A stretch of 63,959 nucleotides of DNA, the filler included, from Bigelowiella natans CCMP2755 (lineage: Eukaryota > Protista > Cercozoa), in the NCBI GenBank assembly GCA_000320545.1. It is 5 parts of 5 records of this genome, joined end to end, with 100 filler letters (N's around TTAATTAATTAA, not from the genome) between each part and the next. Parts side by side here need not be neighbours in the genome. Positions count along the whole stretch, not along the records: positions 35,845 to 53,725 come from ADNK01001104.1; positions 53,826 to 62,672 come from ADNK01003190.1; 3 more parts are not named here. One strand, 5' to 3'. This document shows positions 41,785 to 54,247 of the stretch, piece by piece; positions within the stretch are counted from its first letter, which is position 1; every line of letters begins with the position of its first letter. The notes below the pieces were generated by a model. It was not told where the DNA came from, searched no databases, and saw nothing but the letters and a program-made list of their open reading frames with translations. Both the position numbers and the translations under genes were made by a program.

Positions 41785-42495
41785 TAATATAGGAACCACG
41801 TACATATTCGACCTCGAGTCGAAGGAGCTCCTGCCTTCCTTCACTGCGGAGGAGGAGAAGCAAACGGTAGGGAAGAAAAGGAAGGAATGGGATCGGACGA
41901 AAAGCGCGGATATTGCTGGCGTGCCGCTGAGGAAAAAACAAGCAATGAAACCCCCCCCCCGCCCTTCCTCCCCTCTCCCCCGGGAGGAAGCTAAGGGGCT
42001 CATTAGAGATAAGATCCTCGCACGTCTGCAGCAGGAGGAGTCCGGAATGATTAGCACAGCCGAATTTGCGATGCTGCACGCTTGCAAGGAGCTTCTCGGT
42101 GGAGGATATGATGATCAGGAGCGAACCAAGCTCATTCATGCAGTTAGTAGTAGTAGCATCAGTAGCAGTAGTAGCTCATCATGTGTGTGTATGTGTATGC
42201 AACGTTAGAGTAGCAGCCTTTGAGGACACAATGGATGCGGTGCAGGTTGTAAGATCCCTGGCAGCAAGCCGAGTCGTCGAGGCCAAAGTGAGGAGCAAGC
42301 AGGACTACGTCCTCACGGAGGAAGGCAAGCGATGGGTAGATATTCAGAAATATGTACATAATATGACGACGACGCAACGACTACAACTACAACGCATTAT
42401 TGTGTAATGTTGGGACGGATAAGTTCAACCGATAATGTGCCGTGTGTCCGTATGCTCTCATCATGCAGGCTGTGGAAGGCTCTCCTGAGTATCAG

Positions 42496-42529
<34 letters not shown>

Positions 42530-44136
42530 AAGTGACAGTTTCGCCTTCTTGCGAAAGTATAATGTGGGAAAGGATAGCTTGCCGCAGCGACGAAGCAGCG
42601 GTGGCCGTTCATGGCACCATTCTCGATGGTTGCTATGCGAGATATTTCTCATGCTGTGATGGCTTTTGGAGCGTACGTGCGCGCGTTCGTTACTAACACT
42701 TGCTCACTTGTTCTTGCCTGCGAAGGTTTTTAGCGCCCTCTCAGAGCCTCTGACAAAGGTAGTAACACGATGCGTGCGCGAAACGTGGTTGCTGTCGCAC
42801 AGCATCCGCATCTTCACTGATTATAGTGCTGTTTGAAGCTGTTTGAAGGCCTTGGGTGTGGTGCTTGTGGTGATAATGAGTCCGACGATTGTCACCATTC
42901 CCTGTCTCATCGTCGTCGCCCCTCTCGTTGATGAACTGTGTGCTGCATCGTTCAGAAAGCGCTTTTGGGGCGATTGTCGCCGTCCCTGGGAGCAGCAGCT
43001 AATCATGGCGTCTCGGCGGCTATGCGGGCAAAATGGATCAGAAAGGAAGGGGCACTGTTGAAACGAATCGTCGGCGCTGAGAAGGTTGTTTTAGCAACTG
43101 CTACACCACACTGCAGAGGGATCGTCATTTGTCTGTTATTCAGCTCTCGGACGATGTGAAATCGTTCCTGTTGGAAATCAGGAGAGGAAACGTGGTCAGC
43201 GCCATTCCCGAAACACACACCCAAGTGTGAAAGAGAATTTTCATTCGTCTGAGCGCATTTCTATTATCTCTTCCGCAGGGGCTAGAGAAGGCAAATGAGC
43301 CCGAGGCTAGCAGGCAAAAGGACAACAAGAGCTCTCCTCTCCCCAACCAGCCGCGAATGATGTCATCTTCCCCCTCACCACAACTTCCTAACCCAAACCG
43401 GAGGGCTGAAAAGAAGGGGGGGCAGGAGAGACAGAGTGATCCGAGCGGCCGTTTCTTCATCCTGTACAACTTGGAGGCAGGGGGGCACTGGATTGTCAGC
43501 GATGAGGCAACCGGCAAGGACGCACTCCGCCACGTCAAGAAGAGCTTCAACGCCGAGCGGGGCGCCGTCGAGGTGTTCACCAACGTAAGATCGATACCCC
43601 GGACAAGGTACCTCTCCAATACGGCATACCGCGCCTTCTGTGAGTCGAGTCGCATCGTATTCCCTGAGCCCCTTCCAAATGGTGGGAAAGAAGGATCGAA
43701 GTCATCAGCATCATCATCATCGTCGGCGGCGGAGGCGTCGCCATCGCCATTCGCCGAGCTGCTGACGTGGCAGCCCTCCCTCCTCCTTCTCTCCCCCGAG
43801 AATGAGAATGACGAGCGCAAGGAAATGCCTTTTGCGGCCAAAGCCACCCCGACCCCGGAAGATATGGCCGCTGGGGGGCGGAGGAGGAGCCATGAGGCCC
43901 TGACTGCTGAAAGGGCGATGGTCAGTGCACTGAAGAAAAGAAAGATGATAACGATTAAAAAGTCAATCTGGTTCGCGGTGATGAAGGGGCCGAGGTTCTC
44001 CGAACAGGCCAAGGTGTTACATGCACATCACCCGACAACAACCCAACGATCGATGTAACACATTGATCTCTGCAATCGTCGCCAGCGTGTGTGATTGCCA
44101 TGATGAGAGGAAAATCCGCTTTTGTTCGGTGGCTTT

Positions 44137-44178
<42 letters not shown>

Positions 44179-45864
44179 GATTTGACTACGTGCAGGTCAA
44201 AACAGCAGCAACCGATATCACCCAAGATCTCCTGCAAGGCAAAAAGTGGGAAAGGACTGAATTCAAGGCCTACAACATGACGACCGAGCCTCAGGCAGCC
44301 CCCGTTGGCTTGCTCCATCCCCTTCTGAAGGCATCATATCTTTGCGCTTTCTTCTTCCTGCGAATTCTTCGTTTTCTCGAATATCCTTGAACACGGAATC
44401 CCTTTACCCCCCCCCCCCCTTCTTTCCTCTCTCTCTAATTGATTACCGCTCTATGTCTATTTCTCTATCGATTTCTACGTTCTTCCTCCCATCGCGTGTC
44501 GCATTCCATTCTTTCCGCTTCCCTGCGGGGGACATTCATTAACCGTGTCTCGGTCCGTTGATATTGCGCATCAGATGAGGACTGAGTTCAGGCAGATCCT
44601 ACTGGAGATGGGGTAGCGATTTATCATCATGTTCAGATGCGTGGGCATGGAATAGAGAGCGTGTGTATGAATAAATTTACAATTTTTTGTTTGAAATTTC
44701 AATCGTAAGCTTCTCGGAGATGCCGACCCGAAATTTCGTGGAGAACTCGTTTTGGAACTTCGACTCCTTGTTCCAACCGCAGCAGCACCCGGCGAGAGAC
44801 GCGCACGACACCTTCTTTCTCAAACAGCCCAGCGCCTCCTCCAACCTGGTAGAGCATGCACGCCGCCGGCACATGGCCCCGCCCTCGATTCTGACAAAGC
44901 GTATACATGTCGCGCAGCACCTGGAGACTTATGTGGGGCGGGTAAAGCAAATGCACGAGGAAGGGGGGAATGGTTCTATAGGGTCAGTCCTCTGTCGTTG
45001 ATAACGCAGCTGTTACTCGTAGCACCTCTTTAATCCTGCACTACCTGATTCTAGATATCGCTATGAGTGGTCGCTCGAGGAGGCGAAGAAGAACATCTTA
45101 CGCACGCACACAACAGCCTCTTCTAGCCGAATGCTGTACAAGTATGCGTTTATTCCTACCCCCCCCCCCCTCCCCAGAGCGCAGCGAAAGCTGACAGATC
45201 TCCCTTGCTAATACAACCCAGGCTCGCGCAGCAGAAGACATTCGCTCCGTGCAAATACTTCTCCATCGATCGTGTCTTTCGCAACGAGCACCTCGACAAG
45301 ACCCACCTGGCCGAGTTCCATCAGGTGGAGGGCCTGATTGCAGATAAAGGGCTGTCGCTGTCTCATCTCATCGGAACGATCAAGGCGTTCTTCTCACGCA
45401 TCGGCATTGACGACGTCAAATTCAAGCCAGCGTACAACCCCTACACCGAGCCTTCTATGGAGATCTTCGGCTACTCGCGCGAGCTCAAAGAGTACGTGTT
45501 GCGGCAGAAGTTGTATTAGCAGTAGTAGTAGTAGTAGTAGTAGCGTGCTGGCGAATGTGACAACCCAAACGCTTCTTTTCATTTTCTGGTGGCGAAGAAG
45601 CTCATTTCGGGCCGCATAGTCACTTGTCGTATCTGCCTGCTTTCAATTATTCTGTAAAGGTGGATCGAGATCGGTAACTCTGGGATGTTCCGACCCGAGA
45701 TGCTCGCCCCGATGGGACTTCCAGAAGACGTAACTGTCATTGCATGGGGCCTCTCGTTAGAGCGCCCGACGATGATCAAGTGCGGGTACAAGAACATTCG
45801 AAACCTCTTTGGCCATGAGGTGAAGCTGGACCTGATCCGTAAGAATGCTCTTTGTAGATTTTGA
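40134..45864 (+). CDS. FARSA: Cytosolic phenylalanyl-tRNA synthetase alpha subunit with apparent N-terminal GST-like domain and large internal insertion
   Basis: Core motifs HPLLK|[13 protein letters not shown]|[108 protein letters not shown]. Winged-helix region LTEEG..EGSPE. Upstream exons are GST-like. Confidence 0.92.
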
Positions 45865-46668
45865 ATGCCTCGCGGGGCGCAACACGAAACTTGGTGAAGC
45901 AAGTGATTTAAGTAGCGGGGGTATGGAAAGAGTAGCGATGACCGCATTCTGCACAAATCTATCTTGTAAGGAAGGGGGATAAGAAATATAATCTCGAGTG
46001 CTTGCCCGTGTCATGTTTAGAACACCTTTGCTGTGCGCACGCGCTCCAATTTTTGCACATAATTTTCACAACTCACACCAACAGGCAGCAGCACTGGAAG
46101 GTTAATAATATTCCCTCACAGATGCAGGCGCTAGCGCAACCGCAGTACACACATCATAGTAGCGCATACAACCTGTGTGTTATTGCGTACGAGTCAGTGC
46201 CATGACTATATGCGTAACATGGTCACGACAAAACTCGCGCTCTAACCATGCACATTAAAACTTGCACGGTCATAGACCGGCAGACTTATCCTGCGCTTGC
46301 AACCACATATGCGAATACGCTATCCGATTTCATTATTGTATCGCTAGATCTATAAAATGTGTGCGTGTTGTCATACAATCGCTCTAGCGCTATTGCAGGT
46401 TCCCATTATTGCATTCGCCCGCATGGTTGTTCAATAGTTAGCGCATCGCTTAATCGCTCCACATAGCGCTAGAAGAATAAGATCCTGCTCTCTTTTATTC
46501 TACACTATGAATACTATATTAGCGAGCAATCACGCATCGAGAAGCAGATCACGCCGCGCCAGAAGAGATGCTCTCGCCACTGCACTAGCTCGGTTGCACC
46601 TTACACACAATGCTCAGGATTTAGATTTTACGGCGATCTAGTGCGGAGTGGGTGGTCAGCAGCGCTGT

Positions 46669-48198
46669 TCAAGATGACAAATTATTGGGTATACGCGAGA
46701 GCTCTGCCACCGACGTAGCGCTCGATAATTTGGCCTCGTGGCTGCCCCGGTACTTGTTAATTTCGTCGGGATTCCGATCTTGACCATGTATTGCCTTAGC
46801 AGCGCCAATGTTGTTGGAATGGGCCTCCTTCTTTAAGAAAGAGGCAAGCCAGGGATGCAGCGGAGGAAAAGCGATAGACTCGCGTGGATTGCCGTCATAA
46901 GCAGCGGCCATTGGAGGCGCCACCGTACTGCGCATCGAGGACATCAAAGAGAGCAGAACAACGCCTACCGTTTTTAGGTAGGATGGATTTTAAGCCGAAA
47001 TTAATGTATCAATGAAACCTCTGGGCATCTACGAGTAGAGACGCTTGAGCTTTGAGCGAAGTACATAATTATCTTGTTCTGCGGCCAATTTCAGCGCGCG
47101 AAACAGATTCCATGATGACATCATTCACACAACATGCTCTCTCATGAACTTTACCGATGAGAAAAGAGCCCCAGCCGCTGGTGAATATATCGTTCGGATA
47201 GAAGTACACGTCAAACAGAACCCTACCAAAGTTGAAATGAGCGCCAGGTGTTCGTTCACAAGGACACGCTTCAACTACTATCGACAGCAGCAATAGTTCT
47301 CCATCTCATCACAAAAACTGACCAAGCCCCTCTCCATGCAAAAACGGATGCAGCCGCCGTAGCGTGGGTGTACAGAAGCTCGATCAACCGCCATCGCACA
47401 GGCGAGTGAGCTAGATATCCCCGGCAACGTTGACTTAGCTGGAAAATTCCGAGACAGAGGCTAGTCGACGCAAACGCTAACGAAACACAGAGCCACCCCT
47501 AATGATGGATTCCGTAGAGTATTTATTAATGGCAGAAACTTCCTCATGAAAGATTCAACATTGCAATAGGTTGTAAGAAAGAGGAACAAATCTTCGGCGA
47601 AAATTCGAACTTCTGCCCTCCCCTCCACGCTAACCCTCCACGCCCCCCCCCCCGCTCCTCGTTCCGCCGACCGATAGCTCTTTGTTGTGAGGTGCCAGCT
47701 TCTCATCCAGAATATACCTGTCCACCAGAAATGTTAAAAAGACATTCGTTCGGGGAGGGATTTTGTCAGGGGAGTCTGTTTTTCTCAAACCATAGTCCAC
47801 GCCAGTAGGCGACGACGAGCGCCGCCAGGAACATGTTCAGCGGCACAGAAAGGCACAGAAGAGAACCTACCAGCCACCATTTATTCGTGTTTCTCGACCA
47901 CTTAACGAGAGAAGAAAACCTAGAATACTTAGCAATTCCGCAATTTTGCTCTCATCTACCTTGTGATAGCGACAGCATCGCCATAGCTGGCTTCTTGGCA
48001 AGGAGGGGGGGGGGGGGGTCGGAAGCCAGGAACGGCTTCGAGTATTATGTTTGGAATATTCGATAGGATGTTTCTACGATGAAAATCTGCCCATCTTTGG
48101 TGTTCGGAAGGAGAAGCAAGGGATGAAAACCCCATTCACATTGGCTACCGCGACAGATCCTCCTCGTTGACGCAGACAGATCGTCGGGAAAAGATCAT
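46669..48198 (-). CDS. Fuseless-like multi-pass membrane protein
   Basis: Repeated WRG.W motifs: FLAALVVAYWRGLW|LVDRYIL and LYTHATAAASVFAWRGAW|VLFDVYFYPND; VVLLSLMSSMRSTVAPP. These resemble the Fuseless domain. Start tentative. Confidence 0.7.
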
Positions 48199-48333
48199 GA
48201 TTTTGACGTAAGTGAAAACGCCTTTGTTTTGGCCTGTGCGGCACAGTTTAAACCGCGATTCTTAGCGAAAATCCCACGGCGATCTACCTCTCAGAACGAG
48301 TTGAAACGTCGGCTGCTCGGGGGCGATCGTGAA

Positions 48334-48935
48334 ATGGCGTTCAAGCGTGGGAATCGTGTCAGGCTTAACCCGAAGGTGGGTCTTGTCCTCGACAGTATCT
48401 CCTGTACTAAATCACGCTTCCCCCTTCCCATTTGTGCTTCCCCACTGTGCCCAAAATTCAGGGTGGGGATCTTCCGTCGGGATGCTGCCTGAGACAAAGT
48501 AAATACTTCCCCTGCTCCGCTTGCCAATACTACCTCTGCCCCTGTTACTGTGGGGTGGTACTCTCAGCACGCGTATTTCGGAGGATCACCTAATTTAATG
48601 TTGCCTTTGCTGTTCTTAGGCGAAATTGGGACAGTGAAGCAGATTGTGCGCGACCAGCTTGCATGGCGCCGCCATCGCGTGGTGGCTCACCACATAATGG
48701 TACTACGAACTAATGCAGAATCTGAAATAAGCGGTGGCGCACGCGTAGAAGCACATCTCTGTAAAGCATGCTGTTAATATCCATGTGTGTGTGTGTGCGC
48801 GCGCACGCGCGCGCGCGTGAAAATCCAATTTACAACATAGGTTCGTGGCCCCCGAGGAGAAACAACTTGCTTCTCGCCGGATATGTTGATACCAGCGTCC
48901 GAAGAAGTAAGGAAGGACTAAGAAAGAGGGAGGGT

Positions 48936-49000
<65 letters not shown>

Positions 49001-49179
49001 ATGAATCTTGTATACATCATGCAGCAACCTTATCTACACCACGAAACTAGGAGAAGGACTCATTGCCGAGAGCGCCGGCTCTGGTGAGGAAACGCTCATG
49101 CTGCGATGATAGCCCAGGAGGTACCACAATTTTTCATACACCTCTTGAAAGAACTAAATCTGCACAACCACGCAATACA

Positions 49180-49220
<41 letters not shown>

Positions 49221-49246
49221 ATATGTGTGTGTGTGTGTGTTGAAAG

Positions 49247-49286
<40 letters not shown>

Positions 49287-49451
49287 TATAATTATATATA
49301 CATATAAATATCTGCGCGTGTGCAATAGAGAACACCTTGGAGAAGTTGACAAAGGGAGTAGCGTCTCCAATCCTGATCAAGCAGCTCTCCAACAGTACGT
49401 GGAAGCATATTACAAGCACACAAATGCACGCAAACAAAATTGTATATGAAT

Positions 49452-49503
<52 letters not shown>

Positions 49504-49866
49504 TAGCTGTACCCGATCAACTTCACGACATTGCGTAATGATTCCTTCCTAACATAAAGCCGGGGAGTATGAGGATGAAGAGGAGGAGGATACAAGCGAC
49601 AAGGGGCATGATGTTGAAAATAAAAAAGGCAATGATGATGACGACGATGCCTGGGAAGAGGTGGCGTTTATGTTACCTATGTGATCGAAGTAACTGATAA
49701 TAATAATAATAATAATAATAATAATGTATATGTATTATATATGATGTATTCATGTGTTGAAAGCTCTTCCATCACGTAGATCACGGACGCGAAGGAAGGA
49801 ACGCAATTGAACGAGCTTATGAAGTCTCTGGTACCGATGAATCCTATTGGACACACCGCGCGTGTG

Positions 49867-49906
<40 letters not shown>

Positions 49907-51139
49907 TGCATGCAGACCAATCAATCTGAAATACGATTGGTACATGGCCCCTCAGCCGGAATTGAAACGAACCGTCAGCCAGCTGGACTCCGAGATCAGA
50001 GTAGCGTATTGGTACATACCCCTTCCACGCCTTGAATGTAGATTGATGTTATATGAACCGTCATCATTGATATCGCTATCTCTATCTTCTCCTCCTTATC
50101 GCCGTATCATCATCGTTATCATCGTAATCATCGTCATCATTATCATCATCATCGTCACGATCACGCCGCATCCTCTTGTGTAAGGCGAGATCCTGTAAAG
50201 GTGGCGAAGGAAGAGAGAGAGGCTAGACGAACAAGTGTCAAACCGGGAAAGAAATCGGTGCGTTCTTCTGCTTGTGCAGGACTGATACGTGTCGCTAAAT
50301 AGTATGTTGTCTCGTCGTCGTCGTCGCTGTTCTGCTTTGAACATTGATTTGCGAATTTGTTGTATGAAATTGCATCTGCCCCCCTGCCCTTCTGAGTGAC
50401 ATTCTTCCGCTACTAAAAGGTTGAGCAGCGCATAGAGGATGAAAGCAAGATGAAGCTAATTCACATCAAGACGGAGGAGATCTTGAACGGCGGCCTCACG
50501 ATTGACAAGTGATCGTGACCATTGCAAACCAAGACACATAATCATATCGCGTTGTTTAGTGTTGTTCCGTGTGTAAGAATAGCTGAGAGAGGAAGATAGG
50601 GAGGAAGGGGGGGAGGGGGGGGTGGGATTGCTGCCGACCTAATGATGGCGGAGAACATCAACATGATTTGTTGGGAGGATGATGGCCAACGGCAGTTAAT
50701 AAAGATGCTTTTTACTTGTTGTTCCTCACGCCAATATGAAAGATACGATGTACTATGCGTCCCGGGAGGATACGCTCCAAACTATGATGCGGTATTTTGC
50801 AAACACACACGTATGCATAAAAATATCCTATGTAAAGCTGGGATGTTGTCGCCATCATGCGGGTAGGCCCTGGAGGATGAGGATGGAAATGATATCGGCG
50901 GGGAGAAAATAAAGGAATTCGTTAGCTCTGGCGGTGGCTTCGTAGGTAGAGACTTGTACTTACATGTGGAGAGAGAACAGCGTTGACTACCAACGTGCAA
51001 ATCGGCGAGTAGTAACAGGATTGTGAATGTCTGCAGAGAATAAACCATCATCGGAAACGTGAGTTTTCGAGAAGATTGGTTTTATACAGGATAATTAATA
51101 TCACTCTCCTGATGTTCCTCCTCCTCTCTCCTCCTCACT

Positions 51140-51174
<35 letters not shown>

Positions 51175-51388
51175 TTTCGCGCTCACCCCTCTCATCGCCA
51201 TCTCACGATTCATTCGGACTCTCAACAATAGGAATATGTGCTGGCGCGTACTTGGGATCTAATTACACGCTGGGACTGATCGACGCCGATGTAAAATGAG
51301 AATGCTGAGAAACGACATCTTATGTCTGCCTCCATGCGTGCGTGTGTACGCTTGTTTTAGGCAGTATCAAACAAGCAAACACAACACA

Positions 51389-51422
<34 letters not shown>

Positions 51423-51653
51423 TACAGACACGTATAGTAGTAATTTCATATGGCAGGTCGTAGACATTGAGCACTGGTGCAGGGGGTTTTCTCAGCGTTG
51501 TTTTCTGCAGTATACGGAGGAGGGAAGGGTGAGGAAGAAGAGTTTTGCTGCTGCTGTATTTCCCTTTTCAACTCAAGATGACCGTCGGGAACATTATATA
51601 GCTATGTGCAATGCTCAAATGCCTGTCTATCCACACGCATACACAAACACACA

Positions 51654-51707
<54 letters not shown>

Positions 51708-52113
51708 CACTATAAATATTATTGATGTTATTTGTACAAATCCTCGTATGAACAGGAGGTGATGGGGAGCGGGAGCTTGGATGAATTCGTCGTCAGATAT
51801 GCCAATGGTGATAGAGTCGAGCCAACGCGCAACCTATCGCTCTAATGACAGCCAAACCTTTACTTTCCACCCTTCGCACTACATCATGAATGTGTGCGTT
51901 CCTTATACAACGTCCGCTCGTCGCCGCCACCTTCCCTCCCTCTCATCAGTATCGACTCTGTTGTAGGTCCTTTACTCGATTTGGTGGGGGAAGATCACGA
52001 CACGACTGCCCTGGTGAATAGGCGAGGAGAAAACTATCGAAATAGAGTTGTAGAGTAGCCGGTAGTAGACCGATGCGAAGGAGGAGAAGTAGTAGTAGTG
52101 GAACTTGTGGTAC

Positions 52114-52151
<38 letters not shown>

Positions 52152-52173
52152 AATAGACTGAGAGAGAGATAGA

Positions 52174-52213
<40 letters not shown>

Positions 52214-52865
52214 AGCGAATCCAAACCGAAATAAATTTTAAACGCGCCACATAATCTATGCTGCCGCTGATGGTATATACACAGGCCCTGTTCAAGTCTG
52301 ATTTCGCCCAGAAGAAAGGGTGTCCAATCGGAGTGATGAAGGACTCGCCTGCCATTCTCGCCAAAGATCCCAAGAATGGTACAATCACTTACGCGAAGAC
52401 TCGCACTCATTCCCTTGCAATAAAGCTATACCTTTACATCAAAACCGATTTGCTGTGTAACTGATGATTTGTTTGTTTATACTGACAGGCAAAGGGAGAG
52501 TCGTGCTCATCTCCCCCCACCCTGAGAACGGTCGTACGTGAGCTTCTTGCCTATTCGTGGATAGGGGGTCTCACTTGTAGCATTGTTGATTTGTATGATG
52601 TTAAGGCGAGCCGTGGACGAAAGCTCATTTCCGTAATCTCTTCCGCTGGGCTTCGAGAAATTCTAAAGGTTTGATAAAACTGCATGTTCATTACCATGCT
52701 GAGCACTACTATTTTCTATTGAGCGCGTGGTCCTGACGTATGACGCCTCCACATAGCGGAAGTCTTACAGCCGAAGCGAGCGACTGTGAAACATCAGGTC
52801 GCTGTTTTGAAATATGTCCTTTATAACACTGTATCATGCGTACATGTGCGACCGTGATGCATGCG

Positions 52866-52905
<40 letters not shown>

Positions 52906-53552
52906 TACTTATTGAAGTATGGTTCGCTCAACCTATCATGCACAGGAATCTGTACGCGGTGCATGGTGGGGCGCTTTGGAGCGCCTCGATCCAAGGAAGT
53001 ACAAGCCCAACCTGAAGGATTATGGAGTCCCAAATGGCCTCATCCGCCTCAACAAAGAGGCGCGCGCTGCAAGGCTGATGAGGGTATTTGTCGGACGACT
53101 CTTTCGATGAAGCCCGCACGACAGAAACAACACAAAGTTCGCTCATCATCGTATTTTCCTCCTCCCTAACTACACACTCGTATGTCAGAAATCCTCCTCC
53201 CCCTCTCGCTCCAACCCTGCTGGGAGGAAGCCGCAACGATCCAGGTCGCCCAGGGCCGGGGGATATCGTGCAGCGAGGAGGTGCAAACGACCGTGCAATA
53301 GCCGCTTATTCTTCCAAACGAACTCGTACACTAAAGGACCATGCATCATCTATAGTGCGCTCCTTCATAAATAACGTGAAGCAGAGATTTACACGTCTAT
53401 CTGTGTGTGCGCGTGACATAGGACTACTTCTTCCTCGGCCGCAGATCGTAGTAGCGTGAAAGGGAATAATAAGAAGAAAAGCCCCGCTCGCGGATCCGTC
53501 CCGAAGAGTCCTCGAAATCGCGTTAAGAAGTCCTTTTCGCTGCGTAGTGGGG
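48334..53552 (+). CDS. Stand-alone BPL_N / class I glutamine-amidotransferase-like protein with N-terminal SH3/KOW-like segment; runs into gap
   Basis: YDVLCVPGGYAPNY, IKEFVSSGGGFVG|ICAGAYLG (nucleophile elbow), VRYANG, GKGRVVLISPHPE (His-Pro-Glu). N-terminus MAFKRGNRVRLNPK|GEIGTVKQI. Basic low-complexity tail after the domain. Confidence 0.82.
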
Positions 53553-53639
53553 TAGTGACATCTGGTTTCTGACACGATTCTGCCCTCCCTCCTCCCCCTT
53601 TCACACACACACGTTATGGCTCTTTTTTTTCTCGCTCAC

Positions 53640-53701
<62 letters not shown>

Positions 53702-53725
53702 GAAGGGCGGGGGGGGGGGGGGGGG

Positions 53726-53825
53726 NNNNNNNNNNNNNNNNNNNNNNNNNNNNNNNNNNNNNNNNNNNNTTAATTAATTAANNNNNNNNNNNNNNNNNNN
53801 NNNNNNNNNNNNNNNNNNNNNNNNN
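53726..53825. other. Assembly spacer
   Basis: N44-TTAATTAATTAA-N44. Confidence 0.97.
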
Positions 53826-53964
53826 TTTTCTGTATACTAGCACGCCACTACAAAATAATTGTAAGCGTTGTTACAAAGCTTCTTCTTTTATCTGCGTCTT
53901 TTAACCATATCTCCATGGTTTTGCCCCCCCCCTCCCCCGGTTCACCCCACATCCACTGCGCTAC

Positions 53965-54034
<70 letters not shown>

Positions 54035-54058
54035 TTATATAAATTATTTCGGCGCCAG

Positions 54059-54205
54059 TCTTTGGACCTACGATGGATGGTGGTGCATCGTGGTTTCGAG
54101 AGGAAAATCAGCGCCCTCAACTGCCGCTGTATATCCCAAGGACCTCCCTCCAATGTGGTGCGTGAGTTGTATGGATATTTCATTAACCCCCCTTGTTCGC
54201 ATACA

Positions 54206-54247
<42 letters not shown>

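Noticed and set aside
43140-44012. 290-aa minus-strand ORF
   Set aside because: It is the antisense shadow of the long GC-rich PheRS exon.
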